Origin: an uncultured Schleiferiaceae bacterium
GTDB lineage: Bacteria; Bacteroidota; Bacteroidia; Flavobacteriales; Schleiferiaceae
Direction: 5' to 3'
NCBI GenBank assembly: GCA_965655695.1
Contig: CBFHHO010000008.1
Coordinates: forward strand, 5,045 to 69,044
DNA: 64,000 nucleotides
The position numbers and the translations under genes are program-made. Positions 48,204 to 57,527 of the stretch are shown piece by piece. Within the stretch, counting starts at the first letter, position 1, and every line of letters begins with the position of its first letter. The notes below the pieces were generated by a model, which made no database searches, had not been told where the DNA came from, and saw only the letters and a list, made by a program, of their open reading frames with translations.

Positions 48204-48234
48204 GCCACATCTGTTGTTCAGGTGTGGCTTTTTT
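48204..48234 (+). terminator. rho-independent terminator after ftsH
   Basis: gccacatctg-ttgtt-caggtgtggc (10-bp stem with one G-U pair) followed by T6. Confidence 0.8.
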
Positions 48235-48306
48235 GTTGAAAGCTCTAAGCGACAAGGCGTAAACTTTGACGGATGCTTTCTATTTTTGATCATTAAATCC
48301 ACGAAC

Positions 48307-48918
48307 ATGGCCAAAGGCGGCGGTTTTTTATCTAGACTCGGATTAGGGCTTAAAAAAGACTCTAGCAGCAGTGCTGCTAAGGGTAAGTTTGCGCCTGAAA
48401 ACGTGTTGCCGCTGGACGAGAAGTTCGTGAGTCAGTTCACTGAAGGCGGAGGAAACTTCGTGTATTGCGCAGACAAAACCGACGGCGTAACCGCGCTGAA
48501 GCACTACTGCGCAGAGCATGGCTGGAGAGGCGTATTCATTTCTGCACCGGGCATCGCCGACTGGGAGAACGACATCACCATCGAAACTACGTTTCAAAAT
48601 GACGGACAGTTCCCGGTGGTGCTCAGTACGTGTGAAGCACTGATCGCGTTTAATGGCGGGATCATGGTGCATGGGCATCATACGGGCGGAAGAAAATTGG
48701 CCGATCTACCCAAACATCACATTCTTGTTGCTTATACTTCACAAATCGTAGCGAACTTGCGCGATGGAATGACAGCGATCAACCAGAAATACCGCGACAA
48801 TCGTCCTGGCAATATTGCCGTGATTCGCCCTCCGCATGATCAAGCGGTAGAACTCGCTGCGGCAGATCCGAACAAGGACCGGACCGTATTTTTGATCCTC
48901 ATCGAAGACGAAGCATAA
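48307..48918 (+). CDS. LUD-domain (YkgG/LutC-like) protein
   Basis: The ATG at 48307 gives MAKGGGFLSRLG..., 203 aa. The C-terminal pattern ...ALIAFNGGIMVHGHHTGGRKLADLPKHHILVAYTSQIV resembles LUD/LutC. This is a moderate-confidence family call. Confidence 0.6.
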   Translation: MAKGGGFLSRLGLGLKKDSSSSAAKGKFAPENVLPLDEKFVSQFTEGGGNFVYCADKTDGVTALKHYCAEHGWRGVFISAPGIADWENDITIETTFQNDGQFPVVLSTCEALIAFNGGIMVHGHHTGGRKLADLPKHHILVAYTSQIVANLRDGMTAINQKYRDNRPGNIAVIRPPHDQAVELAAADPNKDRTVFLILIEDEA

Positions 48919-48926
48919 AACGCAAC

Positions 48927-49691
48927 ATGGGAAAACGTGCACTATTCGGCGGCTTATATGCCGCTGCGCTGATTGGGCTTTTAGGCTTCACCTCTTACGG
49001 AACCATCATCTTAGTTCTTTTTACATTCTTGATGCTGCGCGAAGGCGCCACCATCTTAAAAATGGAAAGCACGACTCCGGTCCTAGCGCTCGCATGTGTT
49101 GCGATGACCGTGCTTGCCTCCATGAATTTTGGCGCTACGGAGGAAGTTGTTTTAACGACCATAGGAATGAGCGTGCTTGTTTCCTTTACTCTACTCCGTG
49201 CGGCGGAACCCGCGAAGGAAATACGACGCGGATTGTTTTTGATCGCGTACATCTGGGCACCGATGGTTCTTGTTATTCAAAAAAGTTGGGAATTTCCGAA
49301 GCTGATTCTATTCATTTTTGTGATGATTTGGGCGTCGGACACCTTCGCATATCTAGCGGGACGAAGCTTTGGGAAACACTTATTTGCCCCGAAACTGTCT
49401 CCGAAAAAAACGATGGAAGGCTTTGCAGGTGGGGTGATCGGAACGTTGCTTACTGGAGCGGTATTGAATTACTATTGGGAATTGGTTCCAAATGAAATCG
49501 CACTATCCATGGCGCTTGCAGTAAGTATTGCTGCGCCTTTTGGAGATTTAATAGCTTCCGCGTTAAAACGTGAGGCCGATGTAAAGGATTCGGGTGTATT
49601 TTTACCCGGACACGGAGGTGCCTTAGATCGCTTAGACAGCTTTCTGACTGCCGCTCCCATTTCAGTACTCATTTATAGTTATTTGATATGA
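48927..49691 (+). CDS. cdsA: phosphatidate cytidylyltransferase
   Basis: 254 aa polytopic membrane protein with the CTP-transferase signature region (SDTFAYLAGRSFGKH...KTMEG...GDLIASALKREADVKDSG...PGHGGALDRLDS). Confidence 0.92.
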   Translation: MGKRALFGGLYAAALIGLLGFTSYGTIILVLFTFLMLREGATILKMESTTPVLALACVAMTVLASMNFGATEEVVLTTIGMSVLVSFTLLRAAEPAKEIRRGLFLIAYIWAPMVLVIQKSWEFPKLILFIFVMIWASDTFAYLAGRSFGKHLFAPKLSPKKTMEGFAGGVIGTLLTGAVLNYYWELVPNEIALSMALAVSIAAPFGDLIASALKREADVKDSGVFLPGHGGALDRLDSFLTAAPISVLIYSYLI

Positions 49692-50344
49692 CCATCCATA
49701 GAGAAGGAAAAGGAACATTAGGACTTTCATTCATCGTTTTAGTTGCAATCAATGCGCTTGTACAATGGGGCACTGATGTGCAGTGGGCACATTTCCTCAC
49801 TTTGGGATTGAGCATCGTTTTATATGCCATCGTTCTCCAATTTTTCCGCAATCCTACCCGCACTGTGCTCGTAAATCCGGATGCAGTCATCTGTCCGGCA
49901 GATGGAAAAGTTGTGACCATCGAAGAGGTTTACGAAGAAGAGATTCTGAAAACCAAGTGTATCCAAATGTCTATTTTCATGTCGCCCTTTAATGTGCACG
50001 TGAACCGTTTTCCGATCGGAGGTAAAGTGGTAGAAGCCATCCACCACCACGGTAAATTCCTGGTAGCTTGGCATCCGAAGAGCTCGACGTTGAATGAAAG
50101 AACCACTGTTGCTTTGGAAAATACCGTTTGGGGTACTGTAGTGTTCCGTCAGATTGCAGGTGCCGTTGCACGCCGCATTGTGATGTATGCAAAGAAAGAC
50201 CAACTCGCAAAGCAAGGTGCTGAATTCGGATTTATCAAGTTTGGTTCTCGAGTGGACATTTTCCTCCCGCTAGACTGTAACATTACAGTCAAAGAAGGTG
50301 ATGTTGTAAAGGGTGCTACGACCGTTCTAGCTACGCGTCGATAA
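49688..50344 (+). CDS. psd: phosphatidylserine decarboxylase proenzyme (short form)
   Basis: 218 aa with the self-cleavage motif region FGFIKFGSRVDIFLP. The start overlaps the cdsA stop (ATGA). Confidence 0.9.
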   Translation: MTIHREGKGTLGLSFIVLVAINALVQWGTDVQWAHFLTLGLSIVLYAIVLQFFRNPTRTVLVNPDAVICPADGKVVTIEEVYEEEILKTKCIQMSIFMSPFNVHVNRFPIGGKVVEAIHHHGKFLVAWHPKSSTLNERTTVALENTVWGTVVFRQIAGAVARRIVMYAKKDQLAKQGAEFGFIKFGSRVDIFLPLDCNITVKEGDVVKGATTVLATRR

Positions 50345-51023
50345 GACTAGATGTCCAGCCCATTACAAGCTCAAACTGGGCCTCACGGTCCATCGTGCTG
50401 TTATCGAGAGTACGTGCATCTTTCGCTGCGATCAGTGGCGAATCCGAACGTTCGGTATCCGCTTTGTCGCGAGACTTCAAATTCTCTAGAACTTCTTCAA
50501 AACTCCAGTGCTGACCTTTCGCATCAAGTTCTGCTTTTCTGCGCTCGGCGCGTACTTCGTCAGAGGCGGTCATAAAGATTTTTAACTCCGCTTCTGGGAA
50601 GACCACCGTGCCGATGTCTCGGCCGTCCATCACCACTCCACCTTGCGCGCCCATTTCTTGCTGCAATGCGACCAATCGTCTTCGTACTGGAATCAATTTT
50701 GCTACGTGGGAAACCACATTGCTCACCTCCATCGTACGAATCTCCTCCTCCACACGCTCACCATTTAAATGCGTCGCGTTGATGCCTTGTGCATCCAAGA
50801 CAAAAGAGATCGATACCTCATCAAGATGTGCGACAATCTGAGCTTCATCACATCCTTCTTCTTTACTCACCCAACCTGCGCGCTTCGCAAATAATGCCAC
50901 AGCACGATACATAGCTCCGGAATCTACATAAACGTAGCCCATCGCTTTCGCGAGTTGTTTTGCAAGTGTACTTTTTCCCGTGGAACTGTGCCCATCGATA
51001 GCGATGGTAAGCGGCTTAGACAT
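50331..51023 (-). CDS. cmk: (d)CMP kinase
   Basis: 230 aa with P-loop IAIDGHSSTGKST and ...YVDSGAMYRAVAL..., the Cmk hallmarks. Confidence 0.95.
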   Translation of the reverse strand: MSKPLTIAIDGHSSTGKSTLAKQLAKAMGYVYVDSGAMYRAVALFAKRAGWVSKEEGCDEAQIVAHLDEVSISFVLDAQGINATHLNGERVEEEIRTMEVSNVVSHVAKLIPVRRRLVALQQEMGAQGGVVMDGRDIGTVVFPEAELKIFMTASDEVRAERRKAELDAKGQHWSFEEVLENLKSRDKADTERSDSPLIAAKDARTLDNSTMDREAQFELVMGWTSSLIDA

Positions 51024-51043
51024 GAATGATCGCGGTGATTTGG

Positions 51044-52045
51044 TTATAAATTCACGGACAAAGATACGGTATTCATTCGCCCTGCAACGCTTCTTAGCTC
51101 GTTCGCATAATGCAACGAAAACTTACTAAAATAGAGTCCTGTACCTAAAGTGAATCCACCAGAAGTACGGCGATCGGGCAGCCCCATCTCGTACTGACGG
51201 CGGAAACTGTAGCCCATCATAAAATGCATACGCTGCGTGGGTTCAAATTCGATAGAACCGCTCACATGGCGCATGGCTAGATTTAAAAACGAGGGTTGAC
51301 CTTGGGTCTGTTCGCCGGTAACTGGATCCGTTTCGATAAGCGTGGGGTCATCATACCCTAAGTTGGGACGCTGGAGCTGATCCACAACGAAGGTCCAGCG
51401 AAAGGGTGCGTACTTCAGCTTGTTGCCTACAGCCAGTAAGAGGTTCAGCGGCAAGGGTTCTCGAGTACCTGAAAATGTAGTGATCTGGGCCCCAACATTT
51501 TTCGCAATAAAAGCAATGGTCGGTCGGTCCGCATGTCGGTACATCGCTACGAGATCAAAGGCAGCAGCGTTGCTTTGATACGATTCGTACGTCCCCGACA
51601 CCCACTTCAAAGTGGTACCAAGCTCAAAATCGCGGTACGAAAAAAGGGAAGTCCCAACGGTTAAGGCAAGATCGGACGCTTGAAATTCGCCTTGTGGATT
51701 GCCCCAAACATCGGTACCCTCAAACGTTCCGTAACCCACGCTTTGTATCGCAGTCATCAGGTGGCGTCCCTTCCATTTAAAACCGTAACTCGCGCCAGTC
51801 AGGGCAATACCTTCGCCCAGTCCTGCCCGTGAGAGTTCAATCTGATGCATGGAACTGTCGCTGAGCAGCAAGGGGTTCTGAATGGCGTATGCGCCTACAC
51901 GGCCAGGATGTACATATCCCGTATTGCCTAATGCGGAAGCCCCGGCAAAAATCGAACGATCTAAGAAGGTGAATACCCCACTAGCACCGCTCTGCGCCCA
52001 CAAGGACGCAGAACTCAGCAATGCTATGAAGAGGTGTTTTTTCAC
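51044..52045 (-). CDS. porQ: PorQ-like outer-membrane beta-barrel protein (type IX secretion system component family)
   Basis: 333 aa with a GTG start and a signal peptide (KKHLFIALLSSASLWAQ). The N-terminal GVFTFLDRSIFAGASALGNTG resembles the PorQ family N-terminus. Alternating beta-strand pattern with a C-terminal aromatic residue. The family call is from memory. Confidence 0.6.
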   Translation of the reverse strand: MKKHLFIALLSSASLWAQSGASGVFTFLDRSIFAGASALGNTGYVHPGRVGAYAIQNPLLLSDSSMHQIELSRAGLGEGIALTGASYGFKWKGRHLMTAIQSVGYGTFEGTDVWGNPQGEFQASDLALTVGTSLFSYRDFELGTTLKWVSGTYESYQSNAAAFDLVAMYRHADRPTIAFIAKNVGAQITTFSGTREPLPLNLLLAVGNKLKYAPFRWTFVVDQLQRPNLGYDDPTLIETDPVTGEQTQGQPSFLNLAMRHVSGSIEFEPTQRMHFMMGYSFRRQYEMGLPDRRTSGGFTLGTGLYFSKFSLHYANELRSVAGRMNTVSLSVNL

Positions 52046-52046
52046 A

Positions 52047-54491
52047 CTATTTAGCCGGCTTAGGAACCAGCACTTTCGGGTTTTTAACTTTCTTGTCTAA
52101 GATCGCTTTTTCTAAGACTTGCTCAAACGATTCGACAAAGTGGAAAGTCATGCCCTTAAGGTAGTGGTCTTCTATCTCTTCGATATCGCTGCGGTTGGCC
52201 TCTGACAGTATGATCGTGTTGATCTTAGCGCGCTTGGCAGCGAGAATTTTTTCTTTGATTCCACCTACAGGAAGCACTTTTCCACGCAATGTGATTTCCC
52301 CTGTCATCCCCAATTTTGGTGCGACACGCTTTTGCGTAAAGAGGGAGGTTAACGCCGTTAAAATAGTGATACCAGCACTAGGACCGTCTTTAGGTATAGC
52401 GCCTTGCGGTACGTGTATATTCACATCATAGGAATCAAACAAGCGATGATCGATTCCTAGTTTATCTGCGTTAGCCTTGAGGCAAGCAAGGGCGATGGTG
52501 GTACTTTCCTTCATCACGTCGCCTAGATTTCCCGTGGCAGCAACGCGACCGGTTCCTTGGCTTAGTGACGATTCAATGAATAGTATTTCGCCCCCGACCG
52601 AGGTCCAAGCGAGTCCGGTGACGACCCCAGCATGCTCGTTGCCTTCGTAGACGTCACGTTCGCGGGAGGGTCCCAAAATTTTCGCGATGTCTTCTTTACC
52701 AATTTTGGCCTGCTCCACCTCTTCTAAGGCGATGGCTTTGGCCGTATTGCGTACGAGTTTCGCCACTTTCTTATCCAGGGAGCGTACGCCGCTTTCGCGC
52801 GTGTAGCCTTCAATAACAGATTTGAGCTCAGGTTTGCCGATAGAGAATTGGTCCTTAGCAATACCATGATTTGTAAGCTGCTTCGGCACCAAATGGCGCT
52901 TTGCAATTTCTACTTTCTCCTCTGTGGTATACCCGTTCACGTTGATGATCTCCATACGGTCCAAAAGTGCCGGCTGAATGGTATTCAAGGTGTTTGCCGT
53001 AGCGATGAACAGCACACGACTCAGGTCATAGCCCATCTCAAGGTAGTTGTCGTAGAAGCTGTCGTTTTGCTCGGGATCGAGTACTTCAAGCAAACTCGAA
53101 GAAGGATCGCCTCCGTGTCCGCTGCTGAGTTTATCGATCTCATCAAGCACAAAAACAGGATCGTTTGAACCCGCCTTTTTCATGTTCTGAAGTACGCGAC
53201 CTGGCATCGCTCCGATGTAGGTTTTTCGGTGACCGCGAATCTCCGCTTCGTCACGAAGTCCACCCAGCGACATGCGCACGTATGGACGACCAAGCGCCTC
53301 AGCGATGCTCTTTCCGAGGGAGGTTTTACCCACCCCTGGAGGGCCATGTAAACAAATGATCGGGCTTTTCATATCCCCCTTGAGTTTCAAGACGGCCAAA
53401 TGTTCGAGGATGCGTTCTTTGACTTTTTCAAGGCCGTAGTGGTCCTTGTCTAGGGTCTTTTTTGCATTCTTTAAGTTGATGGAAGCATCACTTTGGGATT
53501 CGAACGGAAGCTCTAATAGGAAGTCTAGATAGTTGCGCTGGATCGAAAATTCCGGCATTTGCGGGTTCAATCGCTGAAGCTTGCGCAGCTCTTTTTCAAA
53601 GTGCTCTTTGCTTTTCTCGTCCCAAGTTTTGGCTTTGGCACGTTCGCGCATGTCTTCTATCTCCGACTCGCTGCTATTTCCGCCCAATTCTTCTTGGATA
53701 GTCTTCATCTGCTGGTGCAGGAAATATTCGCGCTGCTGCTGGTCGAATTCATGCTTCACTTTATCGTGAATCTCGTTTTTGACCTCGAGCATTTTCAACT
53801 CTAGATTCAGTCCTTCGAGCACCTTGATGGCACGGTCCTTTAGGCTGTCGAGCTCTAACACTTCTTGCTTTTTCTCGAGCGACATGCTGCTGTTCGAAGC
53901 GATGAAGTTCAACAAGAAGGTGTTGCTTTTGATGTTGTCTAAAGCGGCTTGTGCCTCAGAGGGGATGTTCGGACTTTCTGCGATGAGGCGCGCTGCGATA
54001 TCACCGATGCTCTCCATAAGAATCGGGAATTCAACGTCGTCCTCTGCAGGAACGAATTCGGGCAGGAACTCTACGCGTGCTTTGTTGTACGGCTCACTTT
54101 CGACCCATTCCAAGATGCGGAATCGCTTCTTTCCTTGGATGATGATCGTAGTGTTGCCGTCGGGCATTTTAAAGCTTTTGACAATCTGCGCCATCGTACC
54201 GGTCGGGAACACATCGCCTTCACCTGGATCTTCCGTATCGCCATCTTTTTGGGCAATCATCCCAACAAACTTCGGCTCCTCGGTGATGCTGCGAATCAAA
54301 CGTAAGCTCTTGTCGCGACCCGCGGTGATGGGCGCTACAACGCCGGGGAAAATAACGGTGTTTCTCAGCGGTAGAATTGGCAACAATTCAGGAAGCTGTT
54401 CCTGGTTAATCTCCGCCTCATCGTCGGAAGTCATCAACGGAATAAATTCCGTGTTTTCATTCATAATATCACTTAATGACAAACTGTCCAT
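52047..54491 (-). CDS. lon: ATP-dependent endopeptidase Lon
   Basis: ATG at 54491 ([12 protein letters not shown]...). LON N-domain, Walker [10 protein letters not shown], Walker B FVLDEIDK, and the protease catalytic region [11 protein letters not shown]. Confidence 0.95.
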   Translation of the reverse strand: MDSLSLSDIMNENTEFIPLMTSDDEAEINQEQLPELLPILPLRNTVIFPGVVAPITAGRDKSLRLIRSITEEPKFVGMIAQKDGDTEDPGEGDVFPTGTMAQIVKSFKMPDGNTTIIIQGKKRFRILEWVESEPYNKARVEFLPEFVPAEDDVEFPILMESIGDIAARLIAESPNIPSEAQAALDNIKSNTFLLNFIASNSSMSLEKKQEVLELDSLKDRAIKVLEGLNLELKMLEVKNEIHDKVKHEFDQQQREYFLHQQMKTIQEELGGNSSESEIEDMRERAKAKTWDEKSKEHFEKELRKLQRLNPQMPEFSIQRNYLDFLLELPFESQSDASINLKNAKKTLDKDHYGLEKVKERILEHLAVLKLKGDMKSPIICLHGPPGVGKTSLGKSIAEALGRPYVRMSLGGLRDEAEIRGHRKTYIGAMPGRVLQNMKKAGSNDPVFVLDEIDKLSSGHGGDPSSSLLEVLDPEQNDSFYDNYLEMGYDLSRVLFIATANTLNTIQPALLDRMEIINVNGYTTEEKVEIAKRHLVPKQLTNHGIAKDQFSIGKPELKSVIEGYTRESGVRSLDKKVAKLVRNTAKAIALEEVEQAKIGKEDIAKILGPSRERDVYEGNEHAGVVTGLAWTSVGGEILFIESSLSQGTGRVAATGNLGDVMKESTTIALACLKANADKLGIDHRLFDSYDVNIHVPQGAIPKDGPSAGITILTALTSLFTQKRVAPKLGMTGEITLRGKVLPVGGIKEKILAAKRAKINTIILSEANRSDIEEIEDHYLKGMTFHFVESFEQVLEKAILDKKVKNPKVLVPKPAK

Positions 54492-54550
54492 AATCTTCTG
54501 TTCTTGACACGTGTGGCAGCTAAAACCCCGACAGGGTGTCATAACTACGT

Positions 54551-54578
54551 AAAAAAAGGCCCCTTTTTCGGGGGGCCT
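54551..54578 (-). terminator. rho-independent terminator after the yaaA / beta-barrel gene pair
   Basis: The minus strand reads aaggcccc-cgaaaaa-ggggcc followed by T7. It lies between the beta-barrel gene stop (54609) and the lon start. Confidence 0.75.
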
Positions 54579-54608
54579 TATAGTAAGTTCAAATGGTATG
54601 CCGAAGTC

Positions 54609-55313
54609 TTACTGTTCGAAGAATCCTAGGCTCATCCCAAATTTAAAGGTCACACTCCCATCGAGCGTATTTCTAACGCCATTTGCTTCAGAATATTCCG
54701 CGGAGTAGTTAAAACCTTCGATATTCGATGCACCAAAACCGTTGTAATAGATGCCCAGGTTGTAGAACGATTTGAGGTTCTTACGGATGCGCCATCCAAA
54801 ACCCAAATTATAAGCGTAAGTGTGTCCAGTCCCCGGGTAGAGCTCGACGCCGTCCGGATATTGCGCGTTCGTATTCAGGTTCGCTTGGTAGGTTAATGCA
54901 CCAATTCCTGCGTGAATAAACGGCGTGTGTCCGTTGCGCAGATTGTACTTTCCAAAAGGAATGAAATGAATGTTTGTGAATACCCCGATGTTCAAGAGGT
55001 CCGTATCCACCTGATAATCGCGGTCCGGGTTCCCGTGCAGGTTGTCGTGGCTGTAGACACTTCCATAGTTCACGTCTGCTCCGACGCTGACCAAACTGCT
55101 AAAGTTGTACTTCAGTTGCGCACCAGCACCGAAGCGGGCCTCTTGCGTAAGTGCACTCAAACCGTAGCCGTTCACATTCCCGATGTAGTTTTGGGTCATT
55201 CCGTAACCGCCCAATTCTAAAAATGACGTCGGGCGTTTCTGAGCAAAAGCGGAGGCGCTGATCAGTACCATAAGCACTGCCGCGTTTTTAAATAATCGTG
55301 TCTTCATAATCAT
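54609..55313 (-). CDS. outer-membrane beta-barrel protein (small porin-family / OmpA-beta-barrel-like)
   Basis: 234 aa with a signal peptide ending SAFAQ, an alternating aromatic/Gly beta-strand pattern and a terminal F (...SLGFFEQ). Confidence 0.65.
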   Translation of the reverse strand: MIMKTRLFKNAAVLMVLISASAFAQKRPTSFLELGGYGMTQNYIGNVNGYGLSALTQEARFGAGAQLKYNFSSLVSVGADVNYGSVYSHDNLHGNPDRDYQVDTDLLNIGVFTNIHFIPFGKYNLRNGHTPFIHAGIGALTYQANLNTNAQYPDGVELYPGTGHTYAYNLGFGWRIRKNLKSFYNLGIYYNGFGASNIEGFNYSAEYSEANGVRNTLDGSVTFKFGMSLGFFEQ

Positions 55314-56077
55314 GGTCGTAAAAATACCATTTTATCATCCTCGTGACTAAGGAGCTGGTATCCATCTTTAGTAAACGAAGCTAAGCCAAAAATAGTTTGC
55401 ACATTCTCTTGCAATACCCAGCGTGCAAAGGTGCCTCTCGCCTGCTTCGAAAAGGCGGAGATCGACTTCATGGTGCCATTTTTCATCTGCTTAAAATCCA
55501 CATGTATAACCGGTTTGCGCACACTTTTCCAGTCTACTGCTTTGCTGTACTCGCCGCTACATGCATTAATAATGAACGGCGCGCCCTGGGCGTCCAGCCA
55601 TTCAGTGAGCACAGGTTTCCACCATGCGTATAAATTTCGAGCATCTTCCACCGCTATCTTTGACTGCATTTCCAGGCGGTATGGACGAACATTCACACCA
55701 CCTGTAACTGCGCCGTACAAGCCGCTTAGTACCACCAGCGCATCTTTTGCACGGTTCAGTGCGTCAGCAGATAAGGAGGATGCATCCAAAGATTTGAAGG
55801 CTTCTCCCGTGTAGGCGAATACTCCAGGCACACCATGTCCTTTAGGTGCTAAGAACTCCTTTGGAGCGGGGTTCCAAAGCTGCGTAGTGGTTTCAAACAA
55901 GGCGTCGCTCACCTTAAAAAGCGCCTTCTGCTCGGCCTCATCTAGCGCTTGAACGGCCTGAACAACAGCGGTTGTGCGCGTAGGGAAATGCGGAAGCGTA
56001 GGATGCGACCAAGGCAACAAAGGCGACTCGGCAGCCATTCCTTTGGAAGGGGATAATAAGACAAGTGGCGAATTCAT
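55310..56077 (-). CDS. yaaA: peroxide stress protein YaaA (DUF328/UPF0246)
   Basis: The ATG at 56077 gives MNSPLVLLSPSKGM..., the typical YaaA start (xLSPSK), 255 aa. The ORF track start at 56122 is longer. Confidence 0.8.
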   Translation of the reverse strand: MNSPLVLLSPSKGMAAESPLLPWSHPTLPHFPTRTTAVVQAVQALDEAEQKALFKVSDALFETTTQLWNPAPKEFLAPKGHGVPGVFAYTGEAFKSLDASSLSADALNRAKDALVVLSGLYGAVTGGVNVRPYRLEMQSKIAVEDARNLYAWWKPVLTEWLDAQGAPFIINACSGEYSKAVDWKSVRKPVIHVDFKQMKNGTMKSISAFSKQARGTFARWVLQENVQTIFGLASFTKDGYQLLSHEDDKMVFLRP

Positions 56078-56116
56078 GGCTCCAAAAATAATAGAGTGTC
56101 CTAACTTTAAGGCCAA

Positions 56117-56132
56117 AGGCACGGCTTTTGTT
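56117..56132 (+). promoter_or_regulatory. sigma-54-type -24/-12-like element aGGCACG-gctt-TTGTT upstream of the lipoprotein pair
   Basis: GGCACG is perfect and G(-13) has correct spacing; the -12 C is replaced by T. It ends 22 nt upstream of the ATG at 56154. It shares GGCACGGCYTTTG with the site at 36822-36837. Confidence 0.35.
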
Positions 56133-56153
56133 CTAACAGCTCAAACTACCGCT

Positions 56154-57527
56154 ATGAAAGGAAAATTACTCTCGATACTCGCTTTGTTGCTGCTGCTTAG
56201 CGGATGCCACGGCGCGAGGTACCATTATACCCAAGGAAATAAATACGCGGAGGCACGTTCGTTGAAAAACGCGGTAACGGAATACAAGCAGGCGTTAGAT
56301 CGTAAACCGGGTAAGGTGAAGTATGTGCTTGCCATGGAAAATTATGGAAATGCATTGTTGGAGGAATTGTACACGAATTATCGATTTGCAGACGGGAACG
56401 ATAGCTTGAGTGTGTATCGCTTTTTAGAAGCTGAAAAATGGACGACGTATCTCGGTCGTTACATGAGTACGGACCGCTACAACGGTTTTTATGACCAGGA
56501 TTATCAGGCGCAAAAAAGCAGGTATATGGAGCGCGTGTACGACCGTAGTAAGCGTTTGATACGTGCTAAAAACTACGAGAAGGCGAAGGTGCGCTTAGAA
56601 GAATTGGCAAGTTTGGATAAGGCGTATAAGGACGTTCAGGCACTGTTGCGCTTTAGTGAGGTGGAGCCCATTTATACGAAAGCACTCGCTCTTTTTGAGC
56701 AAGGCCACTACCGCGAAACTTATGGCGTTTTAGCGGATATGATTTCGAAATATCCGGAACAAGAGGAGCTCATCAAACTGCAGCAAGAGGCGCTTACACG
56801 GGGTAAATATTACCTCGGGATTGTGGCTGATCCGCGGTTAACAGGAAGTGAAGCGTCGATGTCTGCAGCGGTTCAAAGCCGACTGATTCGCGAATTGCAC
56901 CAGAAAAGCGATCCGTTTTTAGAGCTTTTGGACCGGACCAATTTTGATCTGTTGCAAGACGAACAACAGGCCATCATCGAAGGTAAAACCACAGATGAGG
57001 CACTCACACAGGAACTTCTTGTAGCGAATGCCTATGCGAAACTGGTGATCACGCTAGTGGACGAGAACAAAGGCAAGCTGCGCAGCGAACGTAAAAAAGG
57101 CTATGAACGCTATTACGTGAGTTCAAAAAATGCAGAAGGCAAAACGGTAAAGACCGCGAAATACCGCAAGGTGTATTATACAGAGTACTGGAAGGAAAAT
57201 AGTGCACACTACACGGCGGAATTGACCTTAACGGATCGGGCAACCTCGAAAATTTTGGAGGTAGAGAGCTTTGATTTTTCAAGGAGTTCGAGTGTGAATT
57301 ACATCGACTACGGAAACGACCAGCTGTTTCCGGGGAATTGGAAATACCAGAACAGGGCCCATTCGAGCGACCGTCCGCAGCTCAGTGAGAGCAGACGAAG
57401 AACGTTAGCGCAGATGCGCAAAGCGAGTCATTCGCCCAAAAGTACTGCGGCGATGCGCAAGGAAGCGGTTGCTGAATTTGCGGTTGACGCGGCTAAAAGT
57501 ATTCACGCCTTAGAATTGACCCCATGA
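56154..57527 (+). CDS. lipoprotein with an N-terminal TPR-like helical region and a C-terminal CsgG/LpoB/FlgO-like domain (function unknown)
   Basis: The ATG at 56154 gives MKGKLLSILALLLLLSGCHG (lipobox). The ORF track start at 55974 lies inside yaaA on the opposite strand. The C-terminal segment YLGIVADPRLTGSEASMSAAVQSRLIRELHQKSDPFLELLDRTNFDLLQDEQ...GKTTDEALTQELLVANAYAKLVITLV follows the CsgG/LpoB-type pattern. That domain call is inference. Confidence 0.6.
   Translation: MKGKLLSILALLLLLSGCHGARYHYTQGNKYAEARSLKNAVTEYKQALDRKPGKVKYVLAMENYGNALLEELYTNYRFADGNDSLSVYRFLEAEKWTTYLGRYMSTDRYNGFYDQDYQAQKSRYMERVYDRSKRLIRAKNYEKAKVRLEELASLDKAYKDVQALLRFSEVEPIYTKALALFEQGHYRETYGVLADMISKYPEQEELIKLQQEALTRGKYYLGIVADPRLTGSEASMSAAVQSRLIRELHQKSDPFLELLDRTNFDLLQDEQQAIIEGKTTDEALTQELLVANAYAKLVITLVDENKGKLRSERKKGYERYYVSSKNAEGKTVKTAKYRKVYYTEYWKENSAHYTAELTLTDRATSKILEVESFDFSRSSSVNYIDYGNDQLFPGNWKYQNRAHSSDRPQLSESRRRTLAQMRKASHSPKSTAAMRKEAVAEFAVDAAKSIHALELTP

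Noticed and set aside
48226-48239. TGGCttttttgTTGa, resembling GG-N10-G, after ftsH
   Set aside because: It is part of the ftsH terminator stem and U-tract and lacks both the CAC of the -24 box and the -12 C.
54515-54530. Weak GG-N10-GC (cGGggttttagcTGCc, minus strand) upstream of lon
   Set aside because: Only the bare GG/GC dinucleotides and TGC match, and the flanks do not resemble TGGCAC/TTGC. It is too degenerate to call, so I mention it only as context.
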